Shown in pieces: positions 31,302-40,646 of a stretch of 64,000 bases of DNA (its first letter is position 1; each line of letters starts with the position of its first letter). The stretch spans positions 64,001 to 128,000 of the forward strand of contig JAHQWG010000035.1 in assembly GCA_029856045.1 (NCBI GenBank), in the 5' to 3' direction. A program made the translations under genes and the position numbers. Under the pieces are notes generated by a model, which saw only the letters and a program-made list of their open reading frames with translations, made no database searches and was not told the DNA's origin. The DNA is from Promethearchaeia archaeon (lineage in GTDB: Archaea > Asgardarchaeota > Lokiarchaeia > Sigyniarchaeales > SOKP01).

Positions 31302-31694
31302 ATGGAAGCAGAATCGAGAGCAAACAGAAAATTTGGTTCCATAAACTTCTTTTTGGATGAAGATTTCATCAATACATTTAAGTGGAAGCAACCAAAATGG
31401 GATGAGTTTGAATATCAAATTTTTAAAAGGTATTATGCTCATTATATTGAAGAGGAAGATCGCCTTGAAGAATTTTGGGAAACCTTAAAAAGAGTGATTG
31501 AAGGCTGTTTTGGTATTCAAAAGGAACATTGTATGAATTTAGGAATACCATGGGATGAACAAGACGCTCAAAGATCAAGCCAATTAATGTTCCAAAAAAT
31601 GTGGCATTTTAAATTTCTAGAGCCTGGTAGATATATGCTAAAATTTTCTGAAACTCTTTTAAAATATTCTAACTCAGTTAAGAAATATAGATAA
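31302..31694 (+). CDS. Stand-alone N-terminal domain of class II (NrdJ/RTPR-type) ribonucleotide reductase
   Basis: FKRYY..EEFWETLKRVIEG..AQRSSQLMF.KMW.FKFLEPGR. Confidence 0.7.
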   Translation: MEAESRANRKFGSINFFLDEDFINTFKWKQPKWDEFEYQIFKRYYAHYIEEEDRLEEFWETLKRVIEGCFGIQKEHCMNLGIPWDEQDAQRSSQLMFQKMWHFKFLEPGRYMLKFSETLLKYSNSVKKYR

Positions 31695-31733
31695 TAATTT
31701 TAAAAAAAAGTTTATTATTTCAGCGCAATTTGT

Positions 31734-31994
31734 TCAAGTAATTCCTGCACCAAATAATTTCTGAGATTCTAATAATTTATTTTCATACTGTTTTGATTTA
31801 ATCATAGCCCGAAACAATGAAATATCTAATTTTAATTCAAAAATTCCATTTTTACTTACAAAATCATCTAATTTATCTAATAACCAGTTTGATTCGATTA
31901 TTTGATTTTTACTAAGGTAAATGTGTACAATTTCTAACAAGTTTTTTATTCGTTTTATTTGACTTTTTTTGGCTTTCTTCATATCTGTTCTCAA
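31734..31994 (-). CDS. Small helical hypothetical protein
   Basis: 86-aa ORF with T5-A-TTTATATA at 32045-32058. Confidence 0.5.
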   Translation of the reverse strand: MRTDMKKAKKSQIKRIKNLLEIVHIYLSKNQIIESNWLLDKLDDFVSKNGIFELKLDISLFRAMIKSKQYENKLLESQKLFGAGIT

Positions 31995-32122
31995 AATTAA
32001 ATAATTTAATTTATTTTATTATTTGCAAAATTATTGAGCGAAGATATATAAATAAAAAGGACATACATTAGCGTTCTTTAACAAATTTTTTTCTTTAAAT
32101 ATATTTATTTTAAACAGGAAGT

Positions 32123-32230
32123 ATGGCACAAATAACTTCGATAATATTAATATTAATTGCATCTTTGGGAATTGGATTTATATTTTTCTTCATCAAAAAT
32201 GTTATATCATTTTATATAAATTCAAATTAA
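32123..32230 (+). CDS. Unannotated 35-aa single-TM peptide
   Basis: MAQITSIILILIASLGIGFIFFFIKNVISFYINSN; T7-C-TTTAAATA ends 21 nt before the ATG. Confidence 0.5.
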   Translation: MAQITSIILILIASLGIGFIFFFIKNVISFYINSN

Positions 32231-32325
32231 AACTCCTTGAATTTTTGCAGATAGTTTTTTTTCTTTATATAAATCATTTTTATTTTATTTTATTTTTATA
32301 GATAAGAGAGATCAAATATTTTATT

Positions 32326-32700
32326 ATGAAAGAAACAATAAGAAATGTTAAAAATATATCAGCAGATAAAATAAAAACTCAATTAAATACTTTAGATTTC
32401 ATCGTAGAATCCATAAGAGATATTATTTTTGACACTCAATATTTAGCAATATTAAAAAAGACCATTTTAAGATTAATTAATGGGCAAATTGAACAAAAGG
32501 ACTTAAAAAGATTGATAATTGAGCATGGAGTTAGTTCAGTAGAAGATATTAAAGATTTAATTAAATTATATACTGAAACAGAGATTAAAAGAGTTATTAA
32601 AAGCGTTGAAGCACAAAAAGATAAAATTAAAAAATATAATCAATTGCTTTCAAAAATTGCTCCTAGAGTAGAAAAAATTTATAATAAATTGAGTTTGTAA
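32326..32700 (+). CDS. Helical/coiled-coil hypothetical protein, first gene of the Hef operon
   Basis: 124-aa ORF 7 nt before the helicase. Confidence 0.65.
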   Translation: MKETIRNVKNISADKIKTQLNTLDFIVESIRDIIFDTQYLAILKKTILRLINGQIEQKDLKRLIIEHGVSSVEDIKDLIKLYTETEIKRVIKSVEAQKDKIKKYNQLLSKIAPRVEKIYNKLSL

Positions 32701-32707
32701 AGAGTGA

Positions 32708-34792
32708 GTGAAAATTAGCAATTCAAGGACCTTAAAAAATGAAGAGAATAATCTATTAAATTTCAATTTTCTTAAAAACGAGAAAATTGACCATAGAGAG
32801 TATCAAATAAATATTGCTAAGAAATGTTTTGGTAATAATTCCTTAGTTGTGATTCCAACTGGGTTAGGAAAAACGATAATATCTATAATTATTGCAGCTC
32901 ATACTCTTGAGAATTCTCCACCACATAGTAAAGTGGTAATTTTAGCACCAACACGCCCCCTGATTAACCAACATCATGAAAACTTTTTAAAATTCATGAA
33001 TATTCCTAGTGAAAAATTCAGTATTTTAACTGGACAGATCGAGCCACATAAAAGGACACACGAATTTATGAATAATCAGGTCTTATTTTATACTCCTCAA
33101 ACATTAAGGAATGACATCTTAAATAACAGATATTCTTTAATGAATGTTTGTTTAGTTATATTCGATGAGGCCCATCGAGCCCAAGGAGACTATGCTTATT
33201 GTCAAATTGCAGATGAATATATTGAACATAATAATGATGGAATTATACTTGGTCTTACTGCCTCTCCAGGGTCAAACAGAGAAAAAATCTCAGTTCTTTG
33301 TAAAAACTTGCATATTCCCGATTCTAATATTTTCCTTAGAACAAGAGATGATAAAGATGTTAAAGATTATATCAAACCAATGAAAATTTGGAAAGTTGGT
33401 GTTGATATGACAGATTTAATGAGATTAGTTCATTCCGCTTTAAAAAAAATGATTCAAGAAAGATTAAATTACCTAAATTCTCTTGGATTTATTGATTCTA
33501 ATAAAGAACAATTGGAAAGTATCTATAGAAAAGATTTAATAAAATTAAATCGAGATCTTTTAGAAATAATTAATGGAGATGGAAATAAAACGGGTGCTTA
33601 TAAAGCATTATCAATTAATGCACAAATGCTTAGGTTGTTTCATATGTTAAGCTTAGTTGAGAGTCAAGGACTTGATTCATTATTATCTTATTTAAAATCT
33701 ATGAAAAATCAATCTTCACAAAAAAATGCCTCTAAAGCGTTAATTATTTTAGCGAATGATTATGAAATCAATAAAATCTTCAATGAACTTCAGCAATATA
33801 ATGAATTAGATGAATTAATATTAATCCATCCAAAATTCAATATTTGTAAAGAAATAATTTTAAAGGAGCTTAAAGCAAATCCTAATGCAAGAATTTTAGT
33901 ATTTTCAAAATTAAGAGATTCAGTAGCAAATATCTCTTCTAAATTAAAAAAAAATAGTTTGATAAAACCAAAAAGATTTGTAGGGCAAGCAACTAAATCA
34001 ACTAATGATAAAGGTCTTTCTCAGAAAAAGCAAATTGAGATATTAAATAAGTTTAAGAATGGAGAATATAACGTGTTGGTATCAACTAACGTAGCTGAAG
34101 AAGGACTTGATATCACAGAATGTGATCTTGTCATATTTTATGATGTTGTTGCTTCGGAAATTAGATTTATACAGAGAAAAGGGAGAACAGCTAGAATTCG
34201 TGAGGGTAAAGTAATTATTCTTTATTGTAGAGGAACTTCAGATGAAATATATTTACGTATTTCTTTAAATAGACTTAAAAGAATGTATGAATCATTAAAT
34301 AACACGAAAAAGATTCCTGAAATTAATAAACAAAAAAATAAAATTAAGCGTATAAAAAAATCACAGAATGAAAATTTAGATAATTATCTTTCTCCTATTG
34401 TAATATTAAGTAAAATTATTCCTTTATTTTTTGGAATTCGACAATTCTACTCAGAATCCGGTATTAAATTTCAGGTATCCTCTAATGATTATCATATTCA
34501 AATTCAGAATCAAATAGGTATTCACATCTTTGAACCTAGAGATTTAATACAACAAGATGCAAATAATCAGTTTAAAAATTTTATTGAAAAATTTAAGAAA
34601 AGTTTTAAAATCATTATAATTATAGCCCAATTTCTTGATTTTACCGAGATTTTTAAAAATGAAAAGAAGTATATCAAAAGAAAATTATTAAAGATTTCTC
34701 AAAAATATGAAATTCAAATTATTCCTATTGATAATAAAGATGAATTATTTCTTTTATTGAGAGGATTTTTCAAAAAGAGAATAAAGAAATGA
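32708..34792 (+). CDS. hef: Hef/FANCM-like DEAH helicase with degenerate C-terminal ERCC4-like domain
   Basis: PTGLGKT, DEAH, TASPG, RFVGQA, EEGLDI, QRKGRTAR; tail lacks ERK/GDY. Confidence 0.85.
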   Translation: MKISNSRTLKNEENNLLNFNFLKNEKIDHREYQINIAKKCFGNNSLVVIPTGLGKTIISIIIAAHTLENSPPHSKVVILAPTRPLINQHHENFLKFMNIPSEKFSILTGQIEPHKRTHEFMNNQVLFYTPQTLRNDILNNRYSLMNVCLVIFDEAHRAQGDYAYCQIADEYIEHNNDGIILGLTASPGSNREKISVLCKNLHIPDSNIFLRTRDDKDVKDYIKPMKIWKVGVDMTDLMRLVHSALKKMIQERLNYLNSLGFIDSNKEQLESIYRKDLIKLNRDLLEIINGDGNKTGAYKALSINAQMLRLFHMLSLVESQGLDSLLSYLKSMKNQSSQKNASKALIILANDYEINKIFNELQQYNELDELILIHPKFNICKEIILKELKANPNARILVFSKLRDSVANISSKLKKNSLIKPKRFVGQATKSTNDKGLSQKKQIEILNKFKNGEYNVLVSTNVAEEGLDITECDLVIFYDVVASEIRFIQRKGRTARIREGKVIILYCRGTSDEIYLRISLNRLKRMYESLNNTKKIPEINKQKNKIKRIKKSQNENLDNYLSPIVILSKIIPLFFGIRQFYSESGIKFQVSSNDYHIQIQNQIGIHIFEPRDLIQQDANNQFKNFIEKFKKSFKIIIIIAQFLDFTEIFKNEKKYIKRKLLKISQKYEIQIIPIDNKDELFLLLRGFFKKRIKK

Positions 34793-35325
34793 TTGAAAAA
34801 AATGCCCAAATAAGAAATTATATTGTATTTCCTTGTAGGAAGTGCTATCAATATACTTATGCTCATGTGGATCAAAAAGGAAAAAAATGCCCCCGTTGTG
34901 GACAAAATCACAAAATTTCAGAAATCTCTGGAGAAATTGTCAATAATTTGAAAGAAGCAAATCTATTGGTAAGAAAAAAACAATATGAATTTGATAAAAA
35001 AAGTGGATTTAAAAAACTCCACTTATCATCTTTAACATCTGGTTTTACCATACCAGGATCTGATAAATCTACAATTAATTTCCAGCAATTTATAGAAAAG
35101 AATAGAAAAGATAATAAAAATTCATATAACAAATTTATATTTTGGCTGAAACAATTAAAAAGTAATTTTTCTACAATTCCAGAAAATATTTTTAATTTAT
35201 TTTTTATAAATAAGGGTTTTAAGAGTTCAGAAATTAGACAATTTACAAAATTGGCTTTAAAAAACAAAAAAATTGATCAAAATTTAAAAATTAATGATGT
35301 TAAATATTATCAAATAGTTGTTTAG
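34789..35325 (+). CDS. DUF1922-like Zn-ribbon protein with C-terminal winged-helix-like region
   Basis: CRKC...KKCPRCG; ATGA overlap with hef. Confidence 0.7.
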   Translation: MIEKNAQIRNYIVFPCRKCYQYTYAHVDQKGKKCPRCGQNHKISEISGEIVNNLKEANLLVRKKQYEFDKKSGFKKLHLSSLTSGFTIPGSDKSTINFQQFIEKNRKDNKNSYNKFIFWLKQLKSNFSTIPENIFNLFFINKGFKSSEIRQFTKLALKNKKIDQNLKINDVKYYQIVV

Positions 35326-35354
35326 ACTTTTCTTTTGTATTATAATTTTTATAT

Positions 35355-35888
35355 TTAAATCATATTAGCATTTTCCATCATTACACGAGCTATAGCGACG
35401 AAGACTGATTCAACATTTTCACCAGATTTAGAAGAACATTCAGTGTATCCAATTAAATTATGAGATTTTGCCATCTCTATAGCTTCTTCTCTAATTACAG
35501 TTCTTTTTTGAGAAAGATCTGCCTTCCCTCCGACCATCAAGATTGGAATTTTGTTATAATCATCTTTTAATCCTTGACTTATTACCTTAAGCCATTGATC
35601 TAAATTTTTAAAACTGGAATATCTGGTAATATCATACATGAAAATACCTCCAGAAGCCCCAATTACATAACCAGGCAAAAGAAACCTGAATCTTGATTCT
35701 CCTGCAAAATCCCAGATTTGTAAAGAGATCTTTTTCCCGTCGTAATTAATATTTTTTAAGTGAAAATCAAGACCTATTGTCATTAATGAATCACTTTTAA
35801 AAATACCAGTAACATAACGATAAGTTAATGCAGTCTTTCCTACCCCACCCTCCCCACAAATAAAAATCTTAAAAACTGCATCTCGAAT
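35355..35888 (-). CDS. Rab-like small GTPase, ATT start
   Basis: Extension gives (M)RDAVFKIFICGEGGVGKT...MTIGLDF, WDFAGE, GGKAD, CSSK; GGTGAT SD 6 nt upstream. Confidence 0.85.
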   Translation of the reverse strand: MRDAVFKIFICGEGGVGKTALTYRYVTGIFKSDSLMTIGLDFHLKNINYDGKKISLQIWDFAGESRFRFLLPGYVIGASGGIFMYDITRYSSFKNLDQWLKVISQGLKDDYNKIPILMVGGKADLSQKRTVIREEAIEMAKSHNLIGYTECSSKSGENVESVFVAIARVMMENANMI

Positions 35889-36194
35889 TTTGTTATCACC
35901 TTGATTTTGAAAAAAATTTTTATTTTGTCTTAATTGAAATTTAATAATTTATGTATTTAATTTTATAGATATTAAATTATAAAGTATAGATATTCTCATA
36001 CACTATTAATAAGCAAAATATTCAATTATTTTTTAATTTTATCTTATTTTAAAGGATTAAATACACCATTTAAATTACTCATTCATAATAAATTTTTTCA
36101 TTCAAAATGTTAATCAATTTTATCGTCATTAGAATTGCAAGAATATTATATAAATATTAGATAAAAGAAAATAGTTTCCTCTGCTTTAAAGTTA

Positions 36195-37247
36195 TCAATT
36201 TCTTCTTTTAAAAAAAAAATTGCATTTTTCGTAATTATTAGTAAATTTAATTATATTATTTTTTATCCTTTCTGAATTTAATGTATGATCTTCACACATA
36301 AATTCCATAATTTTCTCTATTTGAGGATAATTCCATTTAAAATTAGAATAATTGCTAATTACTTCAGGAAATAGAAATATTTTTCTAATCTCCGCGATTT
36401 TTTTTCCATATAACCCAGAGAAATCGAATTTAGACGTACAATTTTTGACAACTGATTCAATAGAGCCAAATTTTTTAATAAACCGTAATGCTAACTTGGG
36501 ACCTATTCCCCTAATTCCTTTATTATAATCCGTTCCAATAAGCATTGCAATATCAACTAATTGAAATAGATCAATGTCCCATTTTTTTAAATTCTCTTTT
36601 AATTTAATGATAGATGGTTTTATTTTTGTATATTGCCAACTATTATTTATTTTCCTTACTCTAGATTTTGATAAATTTCTAACTTGTCCCAAGCTTCCGA
36701 AAACTAAACAATCAAAATCCTGGCTAACCGTAAAATCTACCACTTTTGTTTTAACCAAATAAGCGCATTGTGACTCCGCTGATGCAGGAGATTCCACGTA
36801 AGGAATTCCCAAATATGATAACATCTTTTTTGATTCTTGAATTGTATTAATCCACAAAAATTCTTTTCCAGTAGCGATTTGTTGAGCAAGTTGGTAATTA
36901 TGATTTTCTATTGCTTCTTTGTATTTTTGTTTAATATATTGGAAATCATGTAATTTATCTTTTGTAATCAATCGTTTATAGGGATGTACACAACCATCAA
37001 AACAAAAAATTGGGAGTATTTTTTTTGAATAATAAAAATTTATTCGATATAACAGTCCATAAAGATGAGAGATAATCCTTCTTGTTCGATCAAGCATATA
37101 TTTTGAGTTGAAATAACTGGATTTTTTATAAGAATAATTTAATAAAGACATAACAATATTAGGGCCATCTACGGCAACTATACTACCTTCCAAATCCTTT
37201 AATTCAATTTGATGAATAGTCAGAATATCTTTAATTTTTACTCCCAT
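36195..37247 (-). CDS. FEN1/XPG-family flap endonuclease paralog
   Basis: MGV, VAVDG, FDG, AESQ, SQDFD, GTDYN.GIRGIGPK. Confidence 0.9.
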   Translation of the reverse strand: MGVKIKDILTIHQIELKDLEGSIVAVDGPNIVMSLLNYSYKKSSYFNSKYMLDRTRRIISHLYGLLYRINFYYSKKILPIFCFDGCVHPYKRLITKDKLHDFQYIKQKYKEAIENHNYQLAQQIATGKEFLWINTIQESKKMLSYLGIPYVESPASAESQCAYLVKTKVVDFTVSQDFDCLVFGSLGQVRNLSKSRVRKINNSWQYTKIKPSIIKLKENLKKWDIDLFQLVDIAMLIGTDYNKGIRGIGPKLALRFIKKFGSIESVVKNCTSKFDFSGLYGKKIAEIRKIFLFPEVISNYSNFKWNYPQIEKIMEFMCEDHTLNSERIKNNIIKFTNNYEKCNFFFKRRN

Positions 37248-37271
37248 TTCGATAAAATGTTACATATTGGG

Positions 37272-37289
37272 AATTTAAAAACAAAAAAA
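37272..37289 (-). promoter_or_regulatory. T-run/TATA promoter motif
   Basis: T7-G-TTTTTAAATT, 24 nt before ATG 37247. Confidence 0.55.
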
Positions 37290-37401
37290 TAACTTGGATT
37301 AGGAAAAATCTTTTAATTTCTTAGCATTTTAAAAATTTTTGTTTAAATATGCTCATTTTATTTTTTGTCTGATTAATATTAAAAAAAACAGGATATATAA
37401 A

Positions 37402-37947
37402 ATGCAAGCAATACCGAAATTATTATATAAAAATAAAATTTCAGAAATTTTGGATGAAATTAGATATAATTATGGGATTTTAACACGACATGGTTATATT
37501 TATGGTTTAATAGCAGTGGATCAGGACGCAAAAATTATTGCAGTTGATACCAGATTTGATAAAAAATTAAATTATTGGGATCTTGCATCGATTGGTACAG
37601 CATTATATGGAGTTGCAAAACAAGGTCAAGATTTCTTCGAGGCAGAAGAACTTGAGCGCGGTGCCTTAATTTATAGAAACATGCAGTTATTTGTTAAATC
37701 TATCGGTAATGTCCATATTGGAGATAAGGGTAAAAGAGATATACTTATTGTCATTTTAGCAGATAATGAAGTGAATATCGGAATTATCATCTTACAAATG
37801 AGTAAATTTGCAAATAAGATAAAAACAATTATTGAAAAAAGCGGAAATATTAAGAACACATTGAAAATGACAGAAAGTGAACTTAGAGAACATATAAAAG
37901 AATTAAAAAAGCAAATATTTTCGGATAAAATCGGAATTATCTCATGA
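37402..37947 (+). CDS. Roadblock/LC7 (MglB-like) protein
   Basis: LIAVDQDAKIIA, ADNEVNIGII; directly upstream of MglA-like GTPase. Confidence 0.75.
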   Translation: MQAIPKLLYKNKISEILDEIRYNYGILTRHGYIYGLIAVDQDAKIIAVDTRFDKKLNYWDLASIGTALYGVAKQGQDFFEAEELERGALIYRNMQLFVKSIGNVHIGDKGKRDILIVILADNEVNIGIIILQMSKFANKIKTIIEKSGNIKNTLKMTESELREHIKELKKQIFSDKIGIIS

Positions 37948-37965
37948 TTTGGAGGTCTATAGCTT

Positions 37966-38613
37966 GTGATAATCAAATCTGAACACGATTCTAGCAAATC
38001 AGAACTTCCAGATTTTAATAAGGATGATTATATAATTCAATTTAAAATTGTATATTGGGGTCCAGGTGAATCAGGAAAAACAACAAATTTTCTAAGATTA
38101 AAGGAAAAATTCAGTTTTTTAAAAATTTCTAATGGATATTCTATAGATACTACTGATGGCAGAACACTTTGGCACGATTCCATATTTTTTACATTTAATT
38201 TGCAAATAAAAGGAAAAAAATATAATATTATTACTCAAATAACCACTTGTACCGGTCAAGAGCGTTTTTTATCAACTCGAGAGTATGTTATCGATGGTGC
38301 TGATGGAGTTATCTTTGTTGGAGATTCATGTCCTGATAAAATAGAGGAAAATAAACGGAGCTATCGAGAGCTAATAAGTTTTGTCAATAGAAATAATATA
38401 CCTATTGTTATTCAGTTAAATAAGCGAGATTTACCAGATGCAATTTCTTTAAAAAATTTTAAAAAACATTTAGGTCTTCCAAATTTAGATAAAAATTCAG
38501 ATGGAACACCAATTGTTTACGAAACCATAGCTTTAAAGGGTGAAAATGTTGCAAGAGTTTTTGAAGATTTGGTTATGAAAATATTCATCAATTTTTTTAT
38601 AAAAAATAATTGA
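37966..38613 (+). CDS. MglA-like GTPase
   Basis: KIVYWGPGESGKTTN, RTLWHD, TCTGQ, GADGVIFVGDS, QLNKRDLP. Confidence 0.9.
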   Translation: MIIKSEHDSSKSELPDFNKDDYIIQFKIVYWGPGESGKTTNFLRLKEKFSFLKISNGYSIDTTDGRTLWHDSIFFTFNLQIKGKKYNIITQITTCTGQERFLSTREYVIDGADGVIFVGDSCPDKIEENKRSYRELISFVNRNNIPIVIQLNKRDLPDAISLKNFKKHLGLPNLDKNSDGTPIVYETIALKGENVARVFEDLVMKIFINFFIKNN

Positions 38614-38628
38614 AGGTATATTGTTAAT

Positions 38629-39798
38629 ATGGATACTGAATATGACATTATATCTCCTGAATTCTTTTATTTATTATTTTTTAAGCAAAAAAATCTAATT
38701 ATTTACCCATATCTTGATTTAAAGCATTTAATCCCCCTTGAATGCTTTTTAGTAGGTTATAATATTGAAAAATTAGATGGAACAGCATTATATAATATAA
38801 GTGAGATTATTGAATATGGTTCAGTTCCTACTCATAATCATAATCCTACATTTTTTATCATCACAAATGTTAATCGAGAAGAAATTGAAAAATTAATTAA
38901 GATCAAGGATCTTCATTGTATAATTAACACAAAAGAAGACGTATCTAAAGATTTCATTTCTAATTCCAATTTTATTGTATATAATAAAAAAAAGAAAACT
39001 TTTCTAAATCAAGATTTTTCTAACATTGATCTATCATTTGAAACTCAGATAATACAAAAATCTTCTTCATTAGAATTTTTAACTGATGAGATTCAATCTA
39101 TTAAAAATCTTGGTAATAAGATATATCTGGAACTTAATAAAACCGGAAAAATTGAAGATATTATGTACTTACTGAGTGAATTTAAACCTCAATACCATAA
39201 AACAATTTTAGATTTTGTTTCAAATTATTATAAAATTGTTATTCCTATTTCTATTCCAAAAGAACTAAACCAGTCCAATAAAAAATCAGACTCCAAAATA
39301 ATAGAACAATATCAAAAAATTCAAAAGATAAATTTAAAAATATTTTCGATTTTTAAGACCTTATTGCAGGATTACAAGAAAAATTTTGATGATAGTAATC
39401 TAACAACTAAGCAATTATTTCCGAGAAATTTTTTTGTATATTTAAGAGAACATCATTGGAAAAATGGTATTCCTCGAAAATTTTTAAATAATTGGCATTC
39501 TCGTTATATCAGTCAAATGAACCCAAACGATGAGGATTACACAGAATTCAAACAGATTTTAAGTATATTAGACGTATCTGAACCAGAAATTAACTCTCTT
39601 TTTATAAAGAACTTATCGACTAAGGAAAAAACAAAACCACTGATAATAAATAACTCTAATTCCTCTATTGATTTCAACCTTAAAGAAATTGATAATAAAG
39701 AGATTCCAAGTATTAATAATATAGACAAGTTTGAAAAATGGATCCTTAATAAATTAGATCAGATTGATTCAATACTAGATAAAAAAGATCTTCCTTAG
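38629..39798 (+). CDS. Hypothetical protein in the MglBA operon
   Basis: 389-aa ORF 15 nt after the GTPase. Confidence 0.65.
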   Translation: MDTEYDIISPEFFYLLFFKQKNLIIYPYLDLKHLIPLECFLVGYNIEKLDGTALYNISEIIEYGSVPTHNHNPTFFIITNVNREEIEKLIKIKDLHCIINTKEDVSKDFISNSNFIVYNKKKKTFLNQDFSNIDLSFETQIIQKSSSLEFLTDEIQSIKNLGNKIYLELNKTGKIEDIMYLLSEFKPQYHKTILDFVSNYYKIVIPISIPKELNQSNKKSDSKIIEQYQKIQKINLKIFSIFKTLLQDYKKNFDDSNLTTKQLFPRNFFVYLREHHWKNGIPRKFLNNWHSRYISQMNPNDEDYTEFKQILSILDVSEPEINSLFIKNLSTKEKTKPLIINNSNSSIDFNLKEIDNKEIPSINNIDKFEKWILNKLDQIDSILDKKDLP

Positions 39799-39866
39799 TT
39801 TTCCTTTTAATTTTTATACTTTCATCATAATAATATTTCTGTAAATTATAGAATGGGTGTATAATT

Positions 39867-40589
39867 ATTTCTAAAAGTCAATATAAGAAAAAATCGAAAT
39901 CCTCAATTAAATATCGACCCTATATTATTGTAGATGAGAGAGAACCAAAAATCATTAAAGAGATACTTGATAATATAGGGTGTGATATTATTAATCAAAC
40001 TCTTGATATAGCCGACTATATTCTCTCTGAAAAAGTAGCTGTTGAAAGAAAACGTGGTGATGATTTTGCAAAATCATTATGTGATACTCGGCTTTTTGAA
40101 CAATTATTAAGATTAAAAGAGTCTTTCGAATCACCAATTTTAATTTTAGAGGATTTTGAAAAAATGTTCTCACGACCAAAAATGAAAATTGATTCTCTCT
40201 ACGGTGCTCTTATTTATATTGCAAGAAAGTTTGGATATCCCATTATTCCTACTAGAAATATAGCGGAAACCGCGACTTGCTTAAAGAGAATCGCAATTCG
40301 TGAGCAAGTTAAAAATCCTGCCCCTTTTTTTTCTCGAAATGCCCCAAAAAAAATGAATAATGAAGAAAGGAAAAAATTCATTTTGGAGGGTCTATATGAT
40401 ACTGGACCAAAACTCGCTAAAATTTTAATTAAAAAATTTAAAACCCCATACGATGTTCTCTATGCAATATATAATTCAAAATTAACATTTACAAAAACGG
40501 GAAATCCTAAGGGAGTTGAAGGACATTTAGGAGAAATACGGGGTATAGGGTTCAAATGGGTTGAAAAAAATAAGAAATTATTTGAATAA
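39867..40589 (+). CDS. Stand-alone XPF/ERCC4 nuclease with HhH domain, ATT start
   Basis: Extension upstream of 40164 gives IIVDERE, IADY, VAVERKRGDDF, RLFEQL, ILE; GGGTG SD; in-frame TAG at 39849. Confidence 0.85.
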   Translation: MSKSQYKKKSKSSIKYRPYIIVDEREPKIIKEILDNIGCDIINQTLDIADYILSEKVAVERKRGDDFAKSLCDTRLFEQLLRLKESFESPILILEDFEKMFSRPKMKIDSLYGALIYIARKFGYPIIPTRNIAETATCLKRIAIREQVKNPAPFFSRNAPKKMNNEERKKFILEGLYDTGPKLAKILIKKFKTPYDVLYAIYNSKLTFTKTGNPKGVEGHLGEIRGIGFKWVEKNKKLFE

Positions 40590-40646
40590 AATTTATAATT
40601 ACAATTTTTATTAAAAATTGTTAAAGAAAAAAAGAGTAAATTATTA

